NCBI GenBank assembly: GCA_036402575.1
Contig: DASWSP010000084.1
Coordinates: 9,924 to 73,923, forward strand
From: Allosphingosinicella sp.
GTDB taxonomy: Bacteria > Pseudomonadota > Alphaproteobacteria > Sphingomonadales > Sphingomonadaceae
Length of the DNA: 64,000 nucleotides
Reading direction: 5' to 3'
This document shows positions 55,215-64,000 of the stretch, in pieces (positions within the stretch are counted from its first letter, which is position 1; each line of letters starts with the position of its first letter). A program made the translations under genes and the position numbers. Below the pieces are notes generated by a model that was not told the origin of the DNA, searched no databases, and was given only the letters and a program-made list of their open reading frames with translations.

Positions 55215-57302
55215 GTGGACGGAGGCGGCCCGCCGCGGCGGGAGAGCGCCGCGGTGCTGAGCAACGACCTCCCCGCCGCTGCCGCCGACGACCGGCTGAC
55301 CGCCCCCCTCCCCGACCCTCCCGTGGCCGAGGCGGCTCCGCCCAGGCGGAGCGGGCGCTGGAAGCAGGTCGCCTACCTGTTGCTCGCGCTGTTCGCCTTG
55401 CTGTTCATGTGGCTGCTGTTCACGGCACCGCTCTCCAAGTCGCTCGAGCCGATCGCGGCGCCGGGGCTCACCCTGCTTTCGGCCGAGGGCAAGCCGATCG
55501 CTCGGCGCGGCGCCGTCACCGAGCAGCCGGTCAAGGTCGAGGAGCTGCCCGACCATGTCCCGCAGGCCTTCCTCGCCATCGAGGACCGGCGCTTCTACAA
55601 CCATGCCGGCCTCGACCCCTGGGGAATAGCGCGCGCCGCGGTCCGCAACGCCGCCGCCGGATCGGTCCGCGAAGGCGGCAGCACGATCACCCAGCAGCTC
55701 GCCAAGCTCGCCTTCCTCTCCTCCGACCGCACCGCCGCGCGCAAGCTCCAGGAAGTGATGCTGGCGTTCTGGCTGGAGGCGTGGCTGGGCAAGGACGAGA
55801 TCCTGTCGCGCTACCTGTCGGCGGTCTATTTCGGCGACAATGTCTACGGCCTGCGCGCCGCCGCGCGGCACTATTTCAGCCGCGATCCGGACGAGCTGAC
55901 GGTCGGCCAGGCGGCGATGCTGGCGGGGCTGATGAAGGCCCCTTCCCGCCTGGCGCCGACCAGCAACCTCAAGGGCGCCCGCCAGCGCGGCAAGCTCGTG
56001 CTGCAGGCGATGGTCGAAACCGGCGCGCTCACCGCGGCGGAGGCGGCGGCGGTGCCGGCGGTCAAGCTGAAGCTCGCCCGTTCCCAGGACATCCCCACCG
56101 GCACCTATTTCGCCGACTGGGTCTTTCCCGAAGCGCGCGCCACCGTCGAGAACGGCTATGGCGAGCAGACCGTCCGGACCACCCTCGAGGACGACCTCCA
56201 GCGCCACGCGGTGCAGGCGATCCGGCGCGCCCGGCTCGGCGACGCGCAGGTCGCGCTGGTGGCGATGCGGCCCGATGGGCGCGTGGTCGCGATGATCGGC
56301 GGCAAGAACTACAAGGCGAGCCCGTTCAACCGCGCCACCCAGGCCAAAAGGCAACCCGGATCGACCTTCAAGCTGTTCGTCTACCTCGCCGCGCTGCGCT
56401 CCGGATTGACGCCCGATTCCGAGGTGTTGGACGAGCCGCTGACGATCGGCGACTGGACTCCGCGCAACAGCGACGGCCGCTACCGCGGCCCGATCTCGCT
56501 GCGCCAGGCCTTCGCGATTTCGAGCAACGTGGCGGCCGTGCGCCTGTCCGAACGGGTCGGGCGCGAGCGGGTGATCCGCGCCGCCCGCGACCTCGGCGTC
56601 AGGAGCGAGCTCCACTCGGAGCCGAGCCTGGCGCTCGGCACCTCCGGGGTCAGGCTGATCGAGATGGTATCGGCCTATGCCGGCGTCGCCAGCGGCAAGT
56701 ATCCGGTCCGGCCGCGCGGCCTGCCGGCGGTCGAGGAGGAGGGCTGGTTCACCTCGGTTCGTTCGCGCTGGCGGCGGTTCCGCGAGGCTTCGACCTGGCC
56801 GATGATGCTGGATCTGCTGTGGACCTCGGCGAACCAGGGCACGGGCCGGGCGGCGGCGCTGCGGGTCGAGACGTTCGGCAAGACCGGCACCAGCCAGGAG
56901 AATCGCGACGCCTTGTTCATCGGCTTCGCGGGCGACCTCGTCACCGGCGTCTGGATCGGAAACGACGACAACACGCCGCTGCGCGGAGTCGAGGGCGGCG
57001 GCCTTCCGGCGCGCATCTGGCGCGACTTCATGTCGGCGGCGGTGGCCGGCCAGGCTGCCCGCGCCGCGCCGCCGGCGCCGCGGCAGCGGCCGATCGAGGA
57101 GATACCGGACGCCTCGATCAGCGTGCCGATCGAGGGCACCGGCTACGACGTCGGGCTGCGCGTCGGCGAGGACGGCGTGACGGTCTCGGCCGATCCCAAC
57201 GGCGAAGGACCGCCGCTCCCGATCGACATCCCCGAACTTGACGTTCCGCCGCCTCCCCCGCCCCCGCCGGAGGAGGAGCCGGCGTTCGAGGACGAGTTCT
57301 AG
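55215..57302 (+). CDS. class A penicillin-binding protein (transglycosylase/transpeptidase)
   Basis: GT51 motifs EDRRFYNHAGLD and GGSTITQQLAK. Transpeptidase motifs STFK, SSN and KTGTS. Pro-rich C-terminus. GTG start at 55215 is uncertain. Confidence 0.85.
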   Translation: MDGGGPPRRESAAVLSNDLPAAAADDRLTAPLPDPPVAEAAPPRRSGRWKQVAYLLLALFALLFMWLLFTAPLSKSLEPIAAPGLTLLSAEGKPIARRGAVTEQPVKVEELPDHVPQAFLAIEDRRFYNHAGLDPWGIARAAVRNAAAGSVREGGSTITQQLAKLAFLSSDRTAARKLQEVMLAFWLEAWLGKDEILSRYLSAVYFGDNVYGLRAAARHYFSRDPDELTVGQAAMLAGLMKAPSRLAPTSNLKGARQRGKLVLQAMVETGALTAAEAAAVPAVKLKLARSQDIPTGTYFADWVFPEARATVENGYGEQTVRTTLEDDLQRHAVQAIRRARLGDAQVALVAMRPDGRVVAMIGGKNYKASPFNRATQAKRQPGSTFKLFVYLAALRSGLTPDSEVLDEPLTIGDWTPRNSDGRYRGPISLRQAFAISSNVAAVRLSERVGRERVIRAARDLGVRSELHSEPSLALGTSGVRLIEMVSAYAGVASGKYPVRPRGLPAVEEEGWFTSVRSRWRRFREASTWPMMLDLLWTSANQGTGRAAALRVETFGKTGTSQENRDALFIGFAGDLVTGVWIGNDDNTPLRGVEGGGLPARIWRDFMSAAVAGQAARAAPPAPRQRPIEEIPDASISVPIEGTGYDVGLRVGEDGVTVSADPNGEGPPLPIDIPELDVPPPPPPPPEEEPAFEDEF

Positions 57303-57311
57303 CGCTTCTGG

Positions 57312-58448
57312 TCAGCGCCGGGCGATGGCGCCGGCACTCTGGCGGGTGATGAGCGCGCCGTCGCTGCCGTAGAGGAGCAGGTCGACCCGCCCGCTCGCCC
57401 AGTCGATCTCGACCATGCCGAAATTCTCCTGGCCGTAAATGTCGCCGAGGCGGCTCGGATCGGGCTCGCTCCACGGCTTCCTGGGGTCGGCGAACGAGAA
57501 GTTGAGCGACGAGGAAGTGAGCTCGTAGAGCCCCGGCCGCTGCGGCGAGCGATAGACGCCGCCCTGGTGCCGGTCGCCCGACAGGACGACCGCATTGTCG
57601 ACGCCCTTGGCATCGAGCAGCCGGTAGAAGCGCTCGCGGTCGCGCGGGAAATTGCCCCATTTCTCGAAGCCGTGGGCGTCGGTGACGATCTGGATCGAGG
57701 AGACGATCACGCGCAGCTCGGCGGGCGTGTCGAGCGCCTGTTCCAGCCAGCGCCATTGCTGCTCGCCCAGCAGGGTGGCCTGCGGATCGTCGGTCGGCAC
57801 GTACCAGCCGAGCGGCGGCGCCTTCTCCTGATACGGGATCGACTTCAGGTCCGACCGGAAGAAGCGCGTATCGAGCAGGATGATCTGGACGCGGCGCCCG
57901 TCGGGGCCGACCACTACTTCCTGGTGAACGCCGGGACGCGCGCGCACGGCCGGGTCCGATCCCCAGAAGGTCTCGAAGGTGCGCTCGGCATATTCCCTGA
58001 ACGCGAAGCTGCCGCCGGCGTCGTTGTGGCCGTAATCATGGTCGTCCCACACGGCGAGCATCGGCACTCGGGCGCGGAATTCGCCGAACTCCGGCCGGGC
58101 CGCGAGCCGCGCGTAGGAGGCGCTCAGCGTCGGAATCGTCGCCGCGCCGGTGGCGCGGGTGTCGCCATAGACGTTGTCGCCGATCATCAGGAACAGGTCC
58201 GGCCGCTTGGCCGCGATCGGCGCCCAGAAATTCATGTGCCGGTCCTGGTTGACGCAGCTGCCGAAGGCGATCCGGCTGACGCCGGCGGCGCGGTCGAGCA
58301 CAGCGCCCGGCGGCGCCACCGGCAGCGGCTCGCTGACGGTGGCGTAATAGGCCCGCAGCGCCTCCTCCGCGCTGCGCGGCGCCGGCGCGGTCGCGCAACC
58401 GGCGGCGAGCAAAGCCGCCGCCGGTGCGAGAAAGAAGCGCCGCATCAT
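57312..58448 (-). CDS. PhoD-like alkaline phosphatase / metallophosphoesterase (lipoprotein)
   Basis: Internal start MMRRFF at 58448. Lipobox LLAAGC. Motifs GDNVYGD and WDDHDYGHND. The start shares 1 nt with the receptor stop (TGATG). Confidence 0.8.
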   Translation of the reverse strand: MMRRFFLAPAAALLAAGCATAPAPRSAEEALRAYYATVSEPLPVAPPGAVLDRAAGVSRIAFGSCVNQDRHMNFWAPIAAKRPDLFLMIGDNVYGDTRATGAATIPTLSASYARLAARPEFGEFRARVPMLAVWDDHDYGHNDAGGSFAFREYAERTFETFWGSDPAVRARPGVHQEVVVGPDGRRVQIILLDTRFFRSDLKSIPYQEKAPPLGWYVPTDDPQATLLGEQQWRWLEQALDTPAELRVIVSSIQIVTDAHGFEKWGNFPRDRERFYRLLDAKGVDNAVVLSGDRHQGGVYRSPQRPGLYELTSSSLNFSFADPRKPWSEPDPSRLGDIYGQENFGMVEIDWASGRVDLLLYGSDGALITRQSAGAIARR

Positions 58449-61400
58449 CAGAAGGAGAACCGGACGCCGACCCGGATCGCGTACAGCGACTGACGCGAGT
58501 AGATCGTGTCGGCTGGGTTCACGAACTGGCCGCCGGAGGTCTGGTTGGGCGAGTAGCGGTACTGCACGCAGGGCTGCGAGGTCGAGGTCGCGATCTGCGC
58601 GGCGGTCGGCGTGACACCGGTCGCTACCGGCGCCGTGAGGCACTGCACCCGCACCGGAGCGACGTTGTACGGGAAGGCGAATTCGCGGATCTGCCCCCAA
58701 TCCTTGTCGATCAGGTTGGTGAAGTTGTCGATGTCCGCGAACAGCGAGATTCGGGAGTTGCCGACGAATGTCGGCAGCTCCTGCTCGAGGTGAAGGTCGA
58801 GCCGGGTGAACCACTTGGAGCGGAAGGCGTTACGCGGCGCCACGCCGCCTTGGTAGTTCTTGAGCTTGGTGGCGTTTATCACATTTTCGAATGCCGTTTG
58901 CGTCGCCGTCGAATTGTACGACACCAGCGGATCACCGCCGACGGTCGGAACGTAAAGCAGGTAGCGCGAGCCGCTGCCGATCGTGCCGAACACCGCGCTA
59001 CGGCCCGAAGCGGGGTCGAAGAAGGTGTAGCTGAACGGGTGGCCCGAGCGGCTTTCCCCGAACAGCGCGAACGTCGACTTGTAGTCGCCGAAGAACGCGC
59101 GGCTGAAGGTGAAGTCGAACTTGATGTTGTGCTTCACCTCGTCGTTCGAGGTCGAGTACTGAACGATGTTGGGATCGAAGAAAGCGCCGTTGGCATAGTT
59201 GGACGAAGCGGTCGACGAGGTCGCCGGCGCCTGGTCCTTGATGTCCTGCCAGGTGTAGCTCGCGCCGACGCCGAGGCCGAAATCCCAGTCCTTGCGCACA
59301 CGCGCGACCGCGACGTAGCTGCGGCCCTTGTCGGTGTTGGTGAGCAGGATGTCCGACTGGCTGTCCGCATTGGAGATGAGGCCCCGGTAGCGCGGCCGCC
59401 CGTCCGGCGTCAGCGTACCCGTCGGGACCGACCGGATGTCGGTGAAGAGCACCTGGTCGCGCACCGCCGAGTAGAACAGGTCGCCGCCGAACTCCCAACC
59501 GTCGCCGAGCGGCCCGAGATCCGCGTCATAAGTGGCGGACAGAGTTGCGCGCCATTGCGAGGGGAGGTCGAAATCGGGATCGAGCGCATTGGTGGGCGAG
59601 GCCGCGGCGACGGTGCCGGCGAGCAGGTAGTTGTTGACCGCGCCGGGGATGACGGTGCCGTTGACGTTCGTCAGCGCGACGGCGCCGACGCCCGGCGGCA
59701 GGCCGGTGCCGGTGTAGCTGCCGTTATTGGCCTGGCGGATGTCGATGCTGTTGCTGAGGATGCCGGTGTTGGAGAAGCTGTTCGATATGTAGACGTCCGG
59801 CGCGCCGCCGGAGAAGATGCCGACGCCGCCGCGGATCGTCAGCCGGTCGATCGGCTCGAAATCGAAGCCGATCCGCGGCTGGAGGACGCCCCGGCCGCTG
59901 ATGTAGGCGTTGTTGGCGAAGCCGTAGCGCGCCAGGAAGTTGGGATTGACGGCGGCCCGGCTGCTGCCGCCGAACGTGTCGTAACGCACGCCGATCGCCA
60001 GGTTGAGGATGTCGCTGACGCTCCAATTGTCCTGGATGCCGAACGTATAGGCCTGGTAGCGGAAGCGCGCCGCGGCCTCGTTGGGATCGAGCGACGGGAT
60101 GGCGTTCTGATACTGCAGGCGCTGGGCGTTGCCGGCGGCGAAGTCGGCGATGGAATCGAAATAATAGTCGCCGGACGACCGCTGCAGGAACAGGTTGAAG
60201 ATCTTGGTGTCCTGGAACTCGGCGAGCACCCGGAAGTCGTGCGCGCCCGTGCGCAGCCGGCCGACCGCCGAGCCGCCATAGGTCTGGCTGGTAAGCGCAT
60301 TCGACTGGCGTGAAACGTCGGGGCCGAGCGAAACCTGCGAGAAGCCGTTCGAGCAGCTCGTCGATTCCGTGGTGCTGGTGGGAACCGCGGCGGTGGCGCG
60401 GTCCGATGTCGGCGCGGTGCAGACGCGGAACTGCGCGAACCCGCGCCCGAGGATCGGATCCTGGCCGCGCTTGTAGTCCTTGTAGAAGGCGCGGAATTCG
60501 CTGGAGACTTCGTCGGTCCAATCGGAATTGAGCTGGAACACGCCGGTGTGCAGGCGGTTCGACGAGACGTAGCCGTTCGATTCGAGGCCAAGCCCCGGCG
60601 GCGGCGTGACGAAGGTGTTCTGGTTGAAGCGGATCGCATCCTTGGTGTAGCTGTAGGTCAGCGAGGCGCGCTGCGTGTCGGTGAGGTTGGCGTCGAGCTT
60701 GGCGACCAGCCGGTCGTCCTCGTCCGCCGAATTGTTGAGCACGCCGCCCGGATCATAGCCGTAGCGGTCGCGCGAAATCTGCGAAATCCGATCGACCTGT
60801 GCCTGGCTCAGGGTCGGGATGGCGGTGCCCGCATTGTTGTCCATGGGGCCTTCGGGGATCGGCGTGCCGGCGCGGATGCGCTCGCCGGCGATCATGAAGA
60901 ACAGGCGGTCGGGGATGATCGGGCCCGACAGCTGGACGCCGTAATCCTCGCTCTTGAAATTAGGCAGCGTGACCGAGAGATCGCCGCTCTGGTCGCCGCT
61001 CAGCTCGTCGCTGGTATAGCTGTAGAAGCCGGTGCCCTGGAATTCGTTGGTGCCCGAACGCAATACGATGTTGATCGCGCCGCCCTGGAAGTTGCCTTCG
61101 CGAATGTCGTACGGGGCGACCTTGGTCTGGAACTGGCCGATCGCGTCGAGCGGAATGGGACTGCGGCGACTCGGCAGACCGTCCGGGTTGAGGCCGAAAT
61201 TGTCGGTGATCGGCACGCCGTCCACCGAGAAGCGGTTGAAGCGGGCGTTCTGACCGGCGAACGAAACCGCGCGACCGCCGCCCGGCGTGTCGTCGAGCCG
61301 GGCGAACGGGTCGCGGCGGGCAAGGTCGCGGATGTCGCGATTGGTGCTGGCGACATTCCGGATCTGCTCTGCGGTGAGCACCGTGATCGGTCCCTGCGAC

Positions 61401-61780
61401 GTGGTGCGGGCGCCGGCGATGCGCGAGGCGGTGACGATGATCTCCTCGCCCGCTCCGGCGATCTCGATCGGCAGCTGGAAGGGCTGACCCACCACCGTCT
61501 GGATGTCGGTAACCTGAGCTTCCGCCTGACCGGCGGAGACCACGGTGACGGTGTAGGGCCCGCCGACGCGGAGGCCGGTGGCGCCGAACGCGCCATTCTC
61601 GTCGGTGGTGACGACCGAGCGGGTGCCCGACGGCACGTGGGTGATGGTGACGGTCGCACCCGGAACAGGGGCGCCCGCCGACGTCACCGTGCCCTGGATG
61701 GTGGAGGTGGTCTCCTGCGCGTAGGCGGCGACGGGCACGACGAGGGCAGCCGTCGCGCACAGCAGCGAAAATCTATTCAT
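58448..61780 (-). CDS. TonB-dependent receptor with N-terminal carboxypeptidase-regulatory-like domain
   Basis: Signal ending AYAQE. CarboxypepD_reg-like TIQGTVTSAGAPVPGATVTI...GPYTVTV. Plug region IIVTASRI. C-terminus VRFSF. Confidence 0.9.
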   Translation of the reverse strand: MNRFSLLCATAALVVPVAAYAQETTSTIQGTVTSAGAPVPGATVTITHVPSGTRSVVTTDENGAFGATGLRVGGPYTVTVVSAGQAEAQVTDIQTVVGQPFQLPIEIAGAGEEIIVTASRIAGARTTSQGPITVLTAEQIRNVASTNRDIRDLARRDPFARLDDTPGGGRAVSFAGQNARFNRFSVDGVPITDNFGLNPDGLPSRRSPIPLDAIGQFQTKVAPYDIREGNFQGGAINIVLRSGTNEFQGTGFYSYTSDELSGDQSGDLSVTLPNFKSEDYGVQLSGPIIPDRLFFMIAGERIRAGTPIPEGPMDNNAGTAIPTLSQAQVDRISQISRDRYGYDPGGVLNNSADEDDRLVAKLDANLTDTQRASLTYSYTKDAIRFNQNTFVTPPPGLGLESNGYVSSNRLHTGVFQLNSDWTDEVSSEFRAFYKDYKRGQDPILGRGFAQFRVCTAPTSDRATAAVPTSTTESTSCSNGFSQVSLGPDVSRQSNALTSQTYGGSAVGRLRTGAHDFRVLAEFQDTKIFNLFLQRSSGDYYFDSIADFAAGNAQRLQYQNAIPSLDPNEAAARFRYQAYTFGIQDNWSVSDILNLAIGVRYDTFGGSSRAAVNPNFLARYGFANNAYISGRGVLQPRIGFDFEPIDRLTIRGGVGIFSGGAPDVYISNSFSNTGILSNSIDIRQANNGSYTGTGLPPGVGAVALTNVNGTVIPGAVNNYLLAGTVAAASPTNALDPDFDLPSQWRATLSATYDADLGPLGDGWEFGGDLFYSAVRDQVLFTDIRSVPTGTLTPDGRPRYRGLISNADSQSDILLTNTDKGRSYVAVARVRKDWDFGLGVGASYTWQDIKDQAPATSSTASSNYANGAFFDPNIVQYSTSNDEVKHNIKFDFTFSRAFFGDYKSTFALFGESRSGHPFSYTFFDPASGRSAVFGTIGSGSRYLLYVPTVGGDPLVSYNSTATQTAFENVINATKLKNYQGGVAPRNAFRSKWFTRLDLHLEQELPTFVGNSRISLFADIDNFTNLIDKDWGQIREFAFPYNVAPVRVQCLTAPVATGVTPTAAQIATSTSQPCVQYRYSPNQTSGGQFVNPADTIYSRQSLYAIRVGVRFSF

Positions 61781-61986
61781 TTGAGTTATGTCCCCTTGGC
61801 GGAAGCGCCGTCGCGTTGGGCCCCTGCACTTGTAATGTTGCGCTGCAACGAACCTAGCGCGGCATTTCGGAGACTAAAATGTTACTGATTTGTGTCAATG
61901 GCGCGCGCCGCCGCCGGCGCCCTCGCGGAGCAACGAATCCGGCACTGTGACCGATTTGCCGCGTTTGCCCCGAAAGGAGAGCGACC

Positions 61987-62358
61987 ATGGCCGAAAGCGG
62001 CGGAAGCGAGCGGCAGGAAAGCCGGAACGACCTGGCCGAAGACCGGACCGTGCTGGCCAACGAGCGCACCTTCGCCGGCTGGATGCGGACCGGATTCGCC
62101 GCGGTCGGAATCGGCCTCGGCTTCAACGTGCTGTTCAAGATGCTCCAGCCGCCCTGGGTGCCCAAGGCGATCGCGACCGCCTTCCTGCTGACGGGCATCT
62201 ACATCTTCATCGTCGCCGAGCAGCGGGCGTGCCGGGTGATGAAGCGGTTCGACGAGCGCAAGGTGGCCGAGATGCGGCCGATGAACCTGCGGGTCGTCAC
62301 CCTCGTCACCGTGGCGGCGACGCTGGCGCTGATCGCCGGCATCTGGATGCTTACATAA
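61987..62358 (+). CDS. DUF202 (YidH-like) membrane protein
   Basis: LANERTFAGWMRTG motif and three TM segments. AAAGGAGAG RBS. Confidence 0.75.
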   Translation: MAESGGSERQESRNDLAEDRTVLANERTFAGWMRTGFAAVGIGLGFNVLFKMLQPPWVPKAIATAFLLTGIYIFIVAEQRACRVMKRFDERKVAEMRPMNLRVVTLVTVAATLALIAGIWMLT

Positions 62359-62360
62359 AA

Positions 62361-62381
62361 GGGGCCGGCAGCGCCGGCCCC
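62361..62381. terminator. bidirectional stem-loop terminator
   Basis: GGGGCCGGC-AGC-GCCGGCCCC, a perfect 9-bp GC stem between convergent genes. An A-tract on the + strand upstream gives a T-tract for the minus-strand gene. Confidence 0.65.
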
Positions 62382-62386
62382 TCTGC

Positions 62387-62602
62387 TCAGTCGGTGTAGC
62401 GGCCGTTGTAGCCGGCGCTGCGGGCGCGGCGGCTGTCGTAATATTTCTTGGCGAGGTAGCCGCCGCCGATGGCGAGGCCGAGCGGCCCGAAGGCGCGCCG
62501 GGCGATGGCCGGGGCCAGGGCGCCGATCAGCATGCCCCTGCCGCCATTGTAGCGCCCTGCGACTCGCCTGCCGACGGCGGCGCCGATAATCTTGCCGATC
62601 AT
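62387..62602 (-). CDS. small glycine-rich membrane protein (hypothetical)
   Basis: MIGKIIGAAVGRRVAG...GLAIGGGYLAKKYY. Start at 62602 preferred (GGAGA RBS); alternatives at 62614 and 62644. Confidence 0.4.
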   Translation of the reverse strand: MIGKIIGAAVGRRVAGRYNGGRGMLIGALAPAIARRAFGPLGLAIGGGYLAKKYYDSRRARSAGYNGRYTD

Positions 62603-62656
62603 TTCGATCTCCATTGGCTGTTTCGGATAAAGCGCCCGAAACATCGCGTAGTTCCG

Positions 62657-64000
62657 CTAGTCGAGGAACAGCTCGGCCGCCGCCTCGACGATGGCGTCGG
62701 TATCGAGGCGGTAGTGGCGGTAGAGGTCGGGCAGGCTGCCGGTCTGGCCGAAACGGTCGAGGCCGAGCGGGCTGACCCGGTGGCCGAGGACTCCGCCAAG
62801 CCAGGAGAGCGCCGCCGGCGATCCGTCGAGCAAGGTGACGATGCCCGCGGTCGGGGACAGCGGGGCGAGCAGCCGCTCGACGTGCGAAGGCTCCGGGCTT
62901 CTGCCCATCCAGCGGCGGCTGCGGCGGTCGCTCCAGCCGCGATGGAGCAGATCGGGCGAGGTGACGGCGAGGAGGCCGAGGCCCGGCAGGTCGTCCTTCA
63001 ACGCTTCCCACGCGGCCAGCGCCTCGGGGGCAAGTGCGCCGGAATAGACCAGGGCGGCTTCGGCTCCGGCCGCGGGCTCGCGCAGCCAGTAGCCGCCGGC
63101 GAGGGCGCCCGGCTTCCAGCGCTCGTCCGGGCGCTCGACCTGGGCGAGAGTGCGCGTGGTGAGGCGGAGATAGACGCTCTCGCCGTCCGGCGCCTGCATC
63201 AGCCGGAAGCCCTCCTCCATGAAGAGCGCGAGCTCGTCGGCGAAGGCGGGCTCGTAATGCCTGAGCCCCGGCTGGCCCATCGCGATCAGCGGCGGGTTGA
63301 TCGACTGGTGGGCGCCGCCCTCCGGCCCGAGCGTGACGCCCGATGGAGTCGCGACCAGCATGAAGCGCGCGTCCTGGTAGCAGGCGTAATTGAGCGCATC
63401 GAGGCCGCGGGCGATGAACGGATCGTAGACGGTGCCGATCGGGAACAGGCGCGTGCCGAACAGGTCGCCGGCAAGGCCGAGCGCGGCCAGCACCAGGAAC
63501 AGATTGTTCTCGGCGATGCCGAGCTCGACATGCTGGCCGGCATCGGTGGCGCGCCATTTCTGAGCGGAGGGGATCTTGGCTGCGGCGAACACGTCGGCCA
63601 GCTCCTGGCGGCGGAACAGGCCGCGCTGGTTCACCCAGGCGCCGAGGTTGGTGGAAACCGTCACGTCGGGCGAGGTGGTGACGATCCGGTCCGCCAGCGG
63701 GCCGCCCGCCCGGGAGAGATCGAGCAGGATCCGGCCGAAGGCGGCCTGGGTCGACTGCTCCTCGCCCGCCGGCGGCGGGATGGCGGGCACTTCGACCTGG
63801 TTCCACGGCCGTTCGCGTTTCGCGCGGGCGATCCGGCTGCCTTCGACCAGCGCCCTTGCGGCCTCGGCCGAGTTGCCGCCCAGCCCGGCCCAGGGCTCCC
63901 ATTCCTCCCCCGGCTCGATGCCGAGCCCGGCGCGCAGCGCCTCGATCTGGCCCGGGTTCATCAGGCCGGCATGATTGTCCTTGTGGCCGGCGAAGGGCAG
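62657..64000 (-). CDS. transketolase-like / 2-oxoacid dehydrogenase E1 (AceE-like) protein, C-terminal part (5' end outside window)
   Basis: The reading frame stays open to the window edge. GIAENNLF pyrimidine-binding region and C-terminal LGLDRFGQTGS resemble homodimeric E1 enzymes. Confidence 0.7.
   Translation of the reverse strand: MPFAGHKDNHAGLMNPGQIEALRAGLGIEPGEEWEPWAGLGGNSAEAARALVEGSRIARAKRERPWNQVEVPAIPPPAGEEQSTQAAFGRILLDLSRAGGPLADRIVTTSPDVTVSTNLGAWVNQRGLFRRQELADVFAAAKIPSAQKWRATDAGQHVELGIAENNLFLVLAALGLAGDLFGTRLFPIGTVYDPFIARGLDALNYACYQDARFMLVATPSGVTLGPEGGAHQSINPPLIAMGQPGLRHYEPAFADELALFMEEGFRLMQAPDGESVYLRLTTRTLAQVERPDERWKPGALAGGYWLREPAAGAEAALVYSGALAPEALAAWEALKDDLPGLGLLAVTSPDLLHRGWSDRRSRRWMGRSPEPSHVERLLAPLSPTAGIVTLLDGSPAALSWLGGVLGHRVSPLGLDRFGQTGSLPDLYRHYRLDTDAIVEAAAELFLD

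Noticed and set aside
61821-61850. CTGCAC-containing stretch and GTTGC-GCT-GCAAC mini-palindrome upstream of the second TonB receptor.
   Set aside because: It lacks the A/T-rich flanks, and no GCAG half-site is present at the N8 distance, so it is not a copy of the regulon operator. The 5-bp palindrome is too short to interpret.
61880-61897. Pho-box-like direct repeat TGTTACT-GATT-TGTGTCA (11-bp period) next to a TTGACA hexamer upstream of the receptor-PhoD operon.
   Set aside because: It matches the enterobacterial CTGTCAT repeat at only 3-5 of 7 positions per half. The orientation relative to the minus-strand gene is unclear, and the alphaproteobacterial consensus is not known to me precisely.

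Overview
No tools or searches were run. All calls rest on motifs read from the supplied translations and on reading the intergenic DNA by eye.

The window is a GC-rich, densely coding bacterial segment with G/C-dominated third codon positions. It has an alphaproteobacterial, sphingomonad-like flavour: TonB-dependent receptors, PQQ quinohemoproteins, and many lipoprotein and Tat signals. I call about 54 protein genes, roughly 80% on the minus strand. I saw no rRNA, tRNA, CRISPR array or IS element.

Positions ~2.0-52.4 kb read as one catabolic supercluster.
- (a) An lva/ACAD10-11-like module: acyl-CoA synthetase, MFS, atypical ACAD, SDR, APH-type kinase.
- (b) Several beta-oxidation operons: five ACADs including a probable heteromeric pair, three thiolases, four hydratases, and three family-III CoA-transferases, one of them a tandem fusion.
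- (c) A P450, [3Fe-4S] ferredoxin and dodecin operon.
- (d) A complete coenzyme F420 operon in the order fbiC-fno-cofE-cofD-cofC. It lies divergent from an operon encoding the fused CoA-transferase, a luciferase-like (LLM) oxidoreductase and a Tat-signal SnoaL-like protein.
- (e) An operon with two tandem lipoprotein PQQ quinohemoprotein dehydrogenases, a FadB-like enzyme, an SCPx-type thiolase with DUF35, and a Tat-exported SMP-30 lactonase.
- (f) An envelope front end: TonB-dependent receptor, Cys-type sulfatase and secreted type-B carboxylesterase.

The main finding is a 24-bp pseudo-palindrome, AAAACTGCAC-N6-GCAGAATT, present 13 times. Each copy sits in front of the first gene of an operon of this supercluster. 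I did not see it in the flanking intergenic regions. It therefore ties F420 biosynthesis, the P450 system, PQQ dehydrogenases, outer-membrane uptake and beta-oxidation into one putative regulon. The only regulator inside the cluster is a TetR gene at 3633..4358. The substrate is unknown.

The right flank (52.4-64 kb) is ordinary: HicB remnant, MFS, Crp/Fnr regulator, class-A PBP, a TonB receptor-PhoD operon, DUF202, and a partial E1/transketolase-like gene.

Many long ORFs in the six-frame track are GC-driven antisense shadows and were rejected.
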